Positions 17,841 through 25,339 of a DNA stretch of 58,274 nt are shown here, one piece after another. Every line of letters begins with the position of its first letter. The first letter of the stretch is position 1. The translations under genes and the position numbers were made by a program. This DNA is from Candidatus Enterousia sp. (lineage in GTDB: Bacteria; Pseudomonadota; Alphaproteobacteria; Rs-D84). Under the pieces are notes generated by a model, which saw only the letters and a list, made by a program, of their open reading frames with translations, did no database searches and had not been told where the DNA came from. Location of the stretch: positions 1 through 58,274 of the forward strand of contig JAZRJG010000014.1 of assembly GCA_045645725.1 (NCBI GenBank). The letters are read 5' to 3'.

Positions 17841-18422
17841 CTATTTTGTGTTTTCTTTATGTTTCAGACACATTTTGCAGATTTGGGTAGCCAAGACCTG
17901 GGCTGCTTGGAATGACGTGCATGTGTGGCTAAACACGACTTCACGTTTGGTGTTGATATTCCAGTATGTTCGGATTTTTACGCCTGCGATTGTTGGATAT
18001 ATGACGCCATTTTCATGTGTTGCGCGCAAATGACATTTGTTTAAACAGCCGTCGCAATGCATGTCGGACATTTTGCCTTCGATTGTGCGTGCCAATCTGG
18101 ATTGAGAGAAACCATTGTTTTTGTCTTTTCTTTCCCATGGTTTGTATAAGACGGTGCGCATTTTGTGATGATGGTCGCACAGATCGGCAACAGATGCCGC
18201 CATTTCTGTGCCTGCTTCGTAATCTTCTGTGTCGGCGATATGTTTTGTGCCATTTGTATCAATGTATGAATAAATTGGTGTGCCGGCAATTGTGGGTACA
18301 AATACATTGTAACCTTGTTGGGCGCTTAAAGTGCAATGTTTAGGACAGCCGTCGCACACCGGTTTGAATGATGTGTTTGGTTCTTGGACTGTCGGTTTTT
18401 CCGGATCTGTTTGTGTGAACAT
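17841..18422 (-). CDS. hypothetical protein with two tandem copies of the same novel Cys-rich domain
   Basis: 193 aa. VCDGCPKHCTLSAQQGYNVFVPTIAGTPI... and HCDGCLNKCHLRATHENGVIYPTIAGVKI...HTCTSFQAAQVLATQICKMCLKHK. Confidence 0.7.
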   Translation of the reverse strand: MFTQTDPEKPTVQEPNTSFKPVCDGCPKHCTLSAQQGYNVFVPTIAGTPIYSYIDTNGTKHIADTEDYEAGTEMAASVADLCDHHHKMRTVLYKPWERKDKNNGFSQSRLARTIEGKMSDMHCDGCLNKCHLRATHENGVIYPTIAGVKIRTYWNINTKREVVFSHTCTSFQAAQVLATQICKMCLKHKENTK

Positions 18423-18435
18423 TGTTATTCTCTTC

Positions 18436-18771
18436 TTATTTTGTTTTTTGTTGTTGTTTGATGCGTTCTATTTCGTTAACAATTGGCAACAACTGTTTTG
18501 CAGTTTTATTCATTTTGTGGAAATCAGAGCAACTTTTTGCAACGGCCAACAGTGCGATTGCAATCATGGTTATGCGGGTTTCGCGTGTTGTTGGTGTTGA
18601 AATTGGTGAATATGCCAATGCTGTCGATGCAGATGCCAATCCGCCTATCATTGCAAAGACAAAACTGGATATTTTGTGATACCCTGCTTTGCTTTGTAAA
18701 TCGGATGCGCGTGTTGATAATTGTTCGATTGCATATTCCGGATTTAATACCGTTCCATTGTTTTCTGTCAT
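18436..18771 (-). CDS. small two-TM membrane protein (111 aa)
   Basis: Start taken at MTENNG after an AAGGA ribosome-binding site. Two hydrophobic helices (ISSFVFAMIGGLASASTALA and ITMIAIALLAVA) are followed by a charged helix. Confidence 0.6.
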   Translation of the reverse strand: MTENNGTVLNPEYAIEQLSTRASDLQSKAGYHKISSFVFAMIGGLASASTALAYSPISTPTTRETRITMIAIALLAVAKSCSDFHKMNKTAKQLLPIVNEIERIKQQQKTK

Positions 18772-18871
18772 TATAACTTTTCCTTTTTTTGTTTTTCTGT
18801 TGATTAAGTATAGACCAAAGCGGACTGTTGTCAAGTTGACTTTGTTGTATTTGTTTGTTATTATAAAAAGT

Positions 18872-19582
18872 ATGAGATTAGATCAAGCATTGGTTCAACG
18901 GAATTTGTATTCTACACGTGCACGTGCGGTGGCTGCGATTGATGCGGGGTTGGTGACGGTTAATGGCGTGTCTGCCAAGAAACCAAGTCAGCAGGTTTCT
19001 GATACAGATGTCATTGTTGGGGGTGATTTGCCCTATTCCACCGGTCGCGGCAGTTTGAAGTTGGCGCATGCGTTACAGTATTTTGGTGTTAATCCGTCTG
19101 GGATGGCGTGTTTGGATGTTGGTGCCAGTACGGGTGGTTTTACCGAAGTTTTATTGCGTAATGGTGCGGCCCGTGTGTATGCGGTGGACGTTGGTACGAA
19201 CCAATTGGTTGAAGAATTGCGCAATGATGTGCGTGTGGTTTCTTTGGAACAGACCGATATTCGTGACCTGCCCCCGCAGTCGGTGGTGGATTTGGTTGTT
19301 ATTGACGTTTCGTTTATATCATTGACCAACATTGTGGATGCGGTGGTTCGTTGGGGGGCGGATACAATTATTGCGTTGATAAAACCTCAATTCGAAGTGC
19401 CCCGTGATGTGGCAGCAAAGTTTAATGGTGTAATCAGGTCGGATGAATGGCATGATTGGGCCGTAAATCAAGTTGTTGAATGTTTTGCTAAATCCGGATT
19501 TCGATTGCGTGGGGTAACCCAATCGCCAATTATGGGCGGCAGCGGAAATGTCGAATTTTTGGCGTGCTTTTCAAAAAATTAA
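18872..19582 (+). CDS. tlyA: TlyA-family rRNA 2'-O-methyltransferase (S4 domain + FtsJ-like methyltransferase)
   Basis: Start at MRLDQALVQRNL... (S4-like). LDVGASTGGFTEVLL SAM-binding motif. 236 aa. Confidence 0.85.
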   Translation: MRLDQALVQRNLYSTRARAVAAIDAGLVTVNGVSAKKPSQQVSDTDVIVGGDLPYSTGRGSLKLAHALQYFGVNPSGMACLDVGASTGGFTEVLLRNGAARVYAVDVGTNQLVEELRNDVRVVSLEQTDIRDLPPQSVVDLVVIDVSFISLTNIVDAVVRWGADTIIALIKPQFEVPRDVAAKFNGVIRSDEWHDWAVNQVVECFAKSGFRLRGVTQSPIMGGSGNVEFLACFSKN

Positions 19583-19669
19583 TTAAATTTAATCAAATAG
19601 TTTCTTGAATTTGTGGCGAATTGTGGCTAAAATTCGCCGGCATATTAAATAATACAATAGGATGATACA

Positions 19670-22066
19670 ATGGCAGAAGATATCAAAAAAGTGCATGAAC
19701 GTGAAGCCAAATGGCAGAAAAAATGGCAAGAATCCGGTGTGTTTACACCAAAAAATGATGGTTCGAAAACACCATTTTATATGTTGGCAGAATTTCCATT
19801 TCCGTCGGGTACGGGGTTGCATGGTGGGCATATGTTGAATTATACGGGATGTGACGTGATGGCGCGTTTCCGTCGTATGCAGGGTTTTGATGTTCTGTAT
19901 CCATTGGGATTTGATTCATTGGGGATTTCTGCGGAAAACTATGCGACAAAAATCGGGCGTCATCCATCGGTTGTTGTTCGTGAATTGGCAGAAAAATTTA
20001 CAAAAAATATGTTGGATATGGGGTGGTCTATTGATTTAAATGCCCAAGTTGCAACGTCGGATCCGGAATTTATTAAATGGACCCAATGGATGTTCATTCA
20101 ATTCTTTAATGCGGGATTGGCGTATAAATCTATGTTGCCAATGAATTGGTGTCCAAAATGCCGTACCACATTGACCAACGAAGAATTAGAAGATGGAAAA
20201 TGTAATCGTTGTCATGGTGAAGTGGAAGTGCGTGAAAAAATGCAATGGAATTTGGCGATTACTAAATATGCGGATAAATTGCTGGATGGGTTGAATTTGG
20301 TTGATTATCCCGAAAAAGTAAAACGTGATCAGATTAACTGGATTGGGCGTTCAACCGGTGCAGACGTGGACTTTATGGTTGGTGATGATAAAATGACCGT
20401 TTATACGACACGTGTCGATACTATATTTGGTGTCACGTTCTGTGCCATTGCGCCGGAACATAAATTGTTGGCCAAATGGTTGGATGAAGGCAAGATTACA
20501 AATGCCGATGCGGTGCGTGAATATATTAAACAGTCGGCCGCAAAATCAGAATTTGACAGAACAGACGCGACCAAAGAAAAAACGGGTGTGAAATTAGAAG
20601 GTATTATGGCGAAAAATCCATATACAGAAACAGAAATTCCGGTTTTTGTTGCGGACTATGTTTTGGTTAATTATGCACATGGTACGATTATGGCGGTGCC
20701 GGCCCATGACGAACGTGACTGGGACTTTGCCAAGAAATTTAATTTGGATGTAATACCGGTCTTGGCGGGTGGCGAAGCCGATAAAGTATGGGTTGGTGAT
20801 GGCGAGCATATCAATTCTGACTTCTTGAACGGTATGGGCAAAGCAGATGCGATTGCCGCTGCAATCAAGGTTGGAGAAGAACGTGATTTTGCGCGACCAA
20901 AAGTTCGCTATCGTATGGGCGATTGGGGATTTTCGCGTCAAATGTATTGGGGTGAACCTATTCCGTTGGTGTATTGTGAAAAATGTGGATGGGTGCCTGT
21001 GCCAGAATCTGAATTGCCATTAATGCAACCACACATGGAAGATTTCAGACCAACCGAAGATGGGGAATCGCCATTGGCACGTGCAACAGATTGGGTTAAT
21101 ACAACATGTCCACATTGTGGTGCGGTGGCAAAACGTGAAACCGATACTATGCCACAATGGGCGGGTTCATCTTGGTATTATCTGAGATACTTAGACCCAC
21201 GTAATAACGATGCGTTTTGTTCGGCCGAACAAATGGCAAAGTGGATGCCGGTTGGGCATTATAATGGTGGCAATGAACACAATACACGTCACTTGATTTA
21301 TTCGCGTTTTTGGCATCGTGCTTTGTTTGATTTGGGGCATGTTAATACGCCGGAACCATATCATAAACGTACGACCAATGGTTTGCTGATGGGAACCGAT
21401 GGTAAAAAAATGTCGAAATCTGCCGGTAATGGTTTCCAAGTTGATGAAAAATTGGCCGAAGTTGGTGCGGATGCGGCGCGTACGACGGTGTTGTCTTTGG
21501 GGCCATGGGATTCCAATGTAAATTGGTCCGAAGGTGCATTGGCCGGTGTTCAACGTTTCTTGAAACGTGTTGAAGGTTTGGCGGACAATTTGACCGATGA
21601 CGCAATGACGGCAGACCAAGAACGTTTGGTGCATCGTTTGATTGCCGATATGACAGAGCGTTTGGATGGTATGAAGTACAATACGGCAATTTCCGCAATG
21701 ATGGAATTTATTAATGCGTTTGCGGGTTCTATGCCCCGCCCTGCGTATGAAGTATTGTTACAGATGTTAAATCCATTTGCGCCGCATTTGACCGAAGAAA
21801 TGTGGGAAAAAATGGGTCATGCGGATATGTTGGTATTTCAGCCATGGCCGACATTTGATGCCGCAAAATTGGTCGAAACCGAAAAAACAATTGTTGTATC
21901 TGTGAACGGTAAACGTGCGGCGGATTTTGTTGTGCCGGCCGATGCGGATGAAGAAGCAATTGTCGCGGCGGCCAAAACGGCGGCGGCCCACAGATTGGAT
22001 GGGGCGACGATTGTGAAAACGATTGTTGTACCAAATAAATTGGTTAACTTTGTTATCAAGAAATAA
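19670..22066 (+). CDS. leuS: leucine--tRNA ligase
   Basis: 798 aa. HGGHMLNY (HIGH-like), KMSKS, and a zinc-knuckle CPKC...CNRC in the CP1 region. Confidence 0.95.
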   Translation: MAEDIKKVHEREAKWQKKWQESGVFTPKNDGSKTPFYMLAEFPFPSGTGLHGGHMLNYTGCDVMARFRRMQGFDVLYPLGFDSLGISAENYATKIGRHPSVVVRELAEKFTKNMLDMGWSIDLNAQVATSDPEFIKWTQWMFIQFFNAGLAYKSMLPMNWCPKCRTTLTNEELEDGKCNRCHGEVEVREKMQWNLAITKYADKLLDGLNLVDYPEKVKRDQINWIGRSTGADVDFMVGDDKMTVYTTRVDTIFGVTFCAIAPEHKLLAKWLDEGKITNADAVREYIKQSAAKSEFDRTDATKEKTGVKLEGIMAKNPYTETEIPVFVADYVLVNYAHGTIMAVPAHDERDWDFAKKFNLDVIPVLAGGEADKVWVGDGEHINSDFLNGMGKADAIAAAIKVGEERDFARPKVRYRMGDWGFSRQMYWGEPIPLVYCEKCGWVPVPESELPLMQPHMEDFRPTEDGESPLARATDWVNTTCPHCGAVAKRETDTMPQWAGSSWYYLRYLDPRNNDAFCSAEQMAKWMPVGHYNGGNEHNTRHLIYSRFWHRALFDLGHVNTPEPYHKRTTNGLLMGTDGKKMSKSAGNGFQVDEKLAEVGADAARTTVLSLGPWDSNVNWSEGALAGVQRFLKRVEGLADNLTDDAMTADQERLVHRLIADMTERLDGMKYNTAISAMMEFINAFAGSMPRPAYEVLLQMLNPFAPHLTEEMWEKMGHADMLVFQPWPTFDAAKLVETEKTIVVSVNGKRAADFVVPADADEEAIVAAAKTAAAHRLDGATIVKTIVVPNKLVNFVIKK

Positions 22067-22084
22067 CCAAGGTTCAAATATAAA

Positions 22085-22111
22085 GCCCCGCATTTTGCGG
22101 GGTGTTTTTTT
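22085..22111. terminator. terminator between convergent leuS and the Cys-rich paralog
   Basis: GCCCCGC-ATTTT-GCGGGG hairpin followed by T7. Confidence 0.75.
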
Positions 22112-22133
22112 AAATTGTGTTGGTTGGTTTTCT

Positions 22134-24482
22134 TTATTCCATACCTTCGGGTGGTGTGCATGCATTTTGGTCGCCTGGGGGGCAAACCTGATTTTTTGAG
22201 TCGGGTACGACGGCTTCCCATTCGCCAGCGGCATTCGGTATTGTTGCGACGCATTTTACGGATGTGCCATTGTTGCTGCGGCGGCCACCGTTTTCCCAAC
22301 ACAGACATGCGCCCCAAGATTGGGTGTCGACGCTGTCGCTGTATGTTGCGGGACACATATTTTCGTTTGTTTTTGTTGAGTCGTTTTCGTCTGTTTGGAT
22401 GTTGTAACCTTCGAGTGATGAGCCCGAATATTGACAGAAAGCGTCGGATTTATAGGTGCCGATTTTAATCCACGGGTATTCAACAAAGCGACCAGATAAA
22501 TTGGTGCATTGTGTGGTTAAGATGGACAGAATCTGATTATAAACTTCGGTTGCGACGCCAACGGGACGTAAATTGCGGTGGTACAACTCTGTTTCGTCTG
22601 CGTTCAACGTGCCGTATTTCTTTTGTGTGCCTGTTTCGTTGTCAACGGTGAATGTCAGGTCGTTTATTTTGACGTCGATGTATGCAGAATCAAATCCGCC
22701 AAATGCCTGTTCAATCATATCAGGGTCGCTGCATGCGTCAATGTTTTGTAATTGTCGGGCGCATTCTGATTTGATTGCACGGCCATTGGTGTAATCATAC
22801 AATGTAAACCAATCTGGGGCGGCGCCCGCTGTGAACAAGCCGCTGTATGGATAATAGAAATTTTCATGGTTGGTGCCACCGTATTTGTCAAAGCACTGTT
22901 TAACGACCGCACGACATGCCGTCAATGTGTCGGTGTCTTGGATTTTGTCCATGTATGCTTGGATTATATTATCGTCAAACATATTGTTGCATGATTGGAC
23001 ATAATCGGCGCACATTTGGGCGTTTAATGCCAGTGCGTCTGGTTGCAGAACGACGGTTGCGTCGCCGGTTAATTCCGCCATCGCGGACGTTATTGCGTTG
23101 TCATTGTTTATATAGCACGAAGAAACAAAGTCAAAGCAACCTTGTTTAATTTCTTGGACTTTGTCTTTTTGGGCATAGTATATATCCAGCATTGCTTTGT
23201 CCAAATATTCGGCCCATACGATGTCCGCATTTTCGACACATGTGTCCAATGCGTCCGCTGCAAATTTTTTGACCCGGTTTTCAAAGTGTTGGACAAAAGC
23301 GCGGTTGGCGGCATTTTGTGCCAATTTTTGGTCGGCGGCTTCTATGCCGGTTTGGAATTTCAGCATTTCTTCCAGTTTATAGAAATCTTTGACGCCGGCA
23401 ATAGGTGCGCCGGTTGAAATATCAATGTATTTGCCGTCGTCTAAGCATTTATGATAATTTTTTCCACATACTTGTTCGCTGACAATTGCGGATTCGACGG
23501 CGTTGATGCATGTGGTTATGTCGGACGAATTGTGTTTTTTGCGATTTTCAATGCGTGCCAAATCCAACATTGCGCCGCCTTCGCGGATAGATGCTTTCAT
23601 GTCTTTGCGGCTGTTTTCAAATGCGGTTGCGACGGTGTTACAGTCCTGCTCTATCGCCATAAGGTATGCGGTTACGGCACGTTGCAGGGATGCGTCGTTA
23701 CAATCGGTGGCGACCGCTTTGCGGCATTGTGGATATACGGCGGAATACAGGGCTTGACCATTGTATGTGCCGATAATTTGACCGGCGTCTGCCGTTCCAA
23801 ATGCGTTTGCAGTGTCGAAAGATATTTTTACACTGTTTAATTCGGAATATTTGCCGTCGACGTGACTGTCGGCACCACGTATAGAGTTCATAATGGCTTG
23901 TAATAGCGCTTTGGATGCAGATGTGTCTTTGGTTAATGCGGCTTCGCCTTCGGATGCATTGACCATTGCGCCGGCTTGGGCGGCGGACATTCCGACGACG
24001 TCCAGGTTATCTGAAAATGTGGTTAATTTGTCGCCCGCGTTTTGGATTGTGTTGCGCGTGTCCATTAAATCGTATACGCGATCACTGCAAGAACAGCGAC
24101 GATAATCGTCGCTTTTTAATGTGCAAAATTGGTCCATGCATGTGAAGTATGTGTTTTTGCACTTTTCGTATTCGGCACCTGTTTGGGTTTGTGACATATC
24201 AAAGCCGGTGTTCGTTGTGGCGCGTGCAGTTATGCGTTTTTGTGTTGTGTTATGCGTTTGGGCCGGTGTTCTTGCAATTGTTCGTTGGGCGGTACGCGCG
24301 ATGGCGGGCGCGGCCGGTTGACGTTGTGTTGCGTTGCGTGTGGTGGAATAAATTCTGCCTTGGGGTGATGTAGACGAGTTGTTTTTTGATGCGCGAGATA
24401 CCGTCATGCCATCCCGAACAGCGCCGTTCGCGACCCCCATGCACGTTAATACGTTTGCTGCAAAAATCAGAATTTTCTTCAT
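22134..24482 (-). CDS. secreted cysteine-rich protein, CMDQFC-family paralog 1 (782 aa from MKKILIF; an alternative ATG at 24503 adds 7 aa)
   Basis: Signal peptide MKKILIFAANVLTCMGVANGA, then an Arg/Ala/Thr/Gln-rich low-complexity region. The conserved core YFTCMDQFC...YRRCSCS...QDCN...CGKNYHKCLDDGKYIDISTGAPI is collinear with the 41777-44203 product. Confidence 0.8.
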   Translation of the reverse strand: MKKILIFAANVLTCMGVANGAVRDGMTVSRASKNNSSTSPQGRIYSTTRNATQRQPAAPAIARTAQRTIARTPAQTHNTTQKRITARATTNTGFDMSQTQTGAEYEKCKNTYFTCMDQFCTLKSDDYRRCSCSDRVYDLMDTRNTIQNAGDKLTTFSDNLDVVGMSAAQAGAMVNASEGEAALTKDTSASKALLQAIMNSIRGADSHVDGKYSELNSVKISFDTANAFGTADAGQIIGTYNGQALYSAVYPQCRKAVATDCNDASLQRAVTAYLMAIEQDCNTVATAFENSRKDMKASIREGGAMLDLARIENRKKHNSSDITTCINAVESAIVSEQVCGKNYHKCLDDGKYIDISTGAPIAGVKDFYKLEEMLKFQTGIEAADQKLAQNAANRAFVQHFENRVKKFAADALDTCVENADIVWAEYLDKAMLDIYYAQKDKVQEIKQGCFDFVSSCYINNDNAITSAMAELTGDATVVLQPDALALNAQMCADYVQSCNNMFDDNIIQAYMDKIQDTDTLTACRAVVKQCFDKYGGTNHENFYYPYSGLFTAGAAPDWFTLYDYTNGRAIKSECARQLQNIDACSDPDMIEQAFGGFDSAYIDVKINDLTFTVDNETGTQKKYGTLNADETELYHRNLRPVGVATEVYNQILSILTTQCTNLSGRFVEYPWIKIGTYKSDAFCQYSGSSLEGYNIQTDENDSTKTNENMCPATYSDSVDTQSWGACLCWENGGRRSNNGTSVKCVATIPNAAGEWEAVVPDSKNQVCPPGDQNACTPPEGME

Positions 24483-24585
24483 CTCTGGTTGAAATGATAT
24501 CAAATTTGGGCTTTTTTACGCAAGTGAATAATGTGGTAATAGCAATATTTTTACATGAACACTATTTTGTGGATTGTGCAGTTTT

Positions 24586-24656
24586 ACATACTGACGCATA
24601 AACAAAAAAACACCCCTGTGGGGTCTTTTATGTTTATGGTGGATGTGATTGGACTC
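24586..24656 (-). repeat. orphan copy of the tRNA-Val 3' end (20 nt) plus its ~50-nt downstream flank with terminator hairpin
   Basis: 71 nt, identical to 24778-24847 except for one extra A in an A-run. Includes the AAAAGACCCCACAGGGGTGTTTTTTT terminator (minus strand). Confidence 0.95.
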
Positions 24657-24777
24657 CCTCGCGCGGTGTATGCCGGCTGTGGGGCATTCGTTAACACTCG
24701 AACTGCGCGTGGCTTGTTCTCGTTTACTCATTGTCGAACTGGCAATCTGTGGATTGCATGGTTCGTGTCCGGGTATC

Positions 24778-24847
24778 ACATACTGACGCATAAACAAAAA
24801 ACACCCCTGTGGGGTCTTTTATGTTTATGGTGGATGTGATTGGACTC
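24778..24847 (-). repeat. resident copy of the same 70-nt segment (3' end of the intact tRNA-Val gene plus terminator)
   Basis: See 24586-24656. The minus-strand hairpin ACCCC-ACA-GGGGT plus T6 directly follows the tRNA CCA end. Confidence 0.95.
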
Positions 24848-24904
24848 GAACCAACGACCTCTTCGATGTGAACGAAGCGCTCTAACCAACTGAGCTACAC
24901 ATCC
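24828..24904 (-). tRNA. tRNA-Val (anticodon CAC), CCA encoded
   Basis: Hand-folded cloverleaf: GGATGTG/CACATCC acceptor, GCTC/GAGC D stem, CTTCG-TTCACAT-CGAAG anticodon arm, GTTGG-TTCGAGT-CCAAT T arm. 77 nt. Confidence 0.9.
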
Positions 24905-24934
24905 GTATAAAAAAATCGCCATTGTGGCGAGTAT

Positions 24935-25021
24935 TGGTGGGGATAGTGGGACTTGAACCCACACGGTCGCAATGACCAAAGGATTTTAAGTCCTCAGCGT
25001 CTACCATTCCGCCATATCCCC
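24935..25021 (-). tRNA. tRNA-Leu (anticodon TAA), long variable arm, CCA encoded
   Basis: GGGGATA acceptor, GAGGA-CTTAAAA-TCCTT anticodon arm, long variable arm, GGGTTCAAGTCCC T arm. 87 nt. Confidence 0.9.
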
Positions 25022-25043
25022 GAAGACCATGTATATAAAAATT

Positions 25044-25119
25044 TGGTGGAGCTGATGGGACTCAAACCCACGACCTCTACGATGCGAACGTAGCGCTCTA
25101 TCAACTGAGCTACAACCCC
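25044..25119 (-). tRNA. tRNA-Ala (anticodon CGC), CCA encoded
   Basis: The acceptor GGGGTTG/CAGCTCC carries the G3:U70 identity pair. CTACG-TTCGCAT-CGTAG anticodon arm. 76 nt. Confidence 0.9.
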
Positions 25120-25126
25120 AAAACTC

Positions 25127-25213
25127 TGGTGGGCGTAAGAAGACTCGAACTTCCAAGGTATTGCTACCACTAGTACCTGAAACTAGCGCGTCTACCAATT
25201 CCGCCATACGCCC
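25127..25213 (-). tRNA. tRNA-Leu (anticodon CAG), long variable arm, CCA encoded
   Basis: GGGCGTA acceptor, CTAGT-TTCAGGT-ACTAG anticodon arm, long variable arm, GAAGTTCGAGTCTTC T arm. 87 nt. Confidence 0.9.
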
Positions 25214-25241
25214 GAAAACCTATGGTTGCCCACAAAGCGAA

Positions 25242-25270
25242 TGAATAATAACGTAATTTTCATATCTTTG
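25242..25270 (-). promoter_or_regulatory. candidate sigma70 promoter of the four-tRNA operon (TTGCAA-N17-TATTAT)
   Basis: Minus-strand hexamers with 17-nt spacing, about 30 nt upstream of the first tRNA. Confidence 0.45.
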
Positions 25271-25303
25271 CAACAAGAAAAATCATAAAATCACGCATTT
25301 GTG

Positions 25304-25334
25304 AATAAAAAACACCCCACTGTTTTTGTGGGGT
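25304..25334 (-). terminator. rho-independent terminator after the histidine kinase gene
   Basis: CACCCCAC-N7-GTGGGGTG hairpin with a T-run on the minus strand, just after the stop at 25340. Confidence 0.75.
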
Positions 25335-25339
25335 GGATT

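Noticed and set aside
24586-24777. tmRNA (ssrA), possibly the permuted two-piece alphaproteobacterial form, suggested by a tRNA-like ...TCCAATCACATCCACCA 3' end
   Set aside because: The 20-nt tail is an exact copy of the neighbouring tRNA-Val 3' end. The acceptor would lack the G3:U70 alanine identity pair. I saw no complementary 5' acceptor strand, no tag reading frame ending in ...LAA, and no pseudoknot-like elements.
24516-25207. ORFs of 67-94 aa overlapping the tRNA cluster and the duplicated tRNA-Val flank
   Set aside because: They run through four well-folded tRNA genes and their terminators, and their sequences repeat because the DNA repeats. They are not coding.
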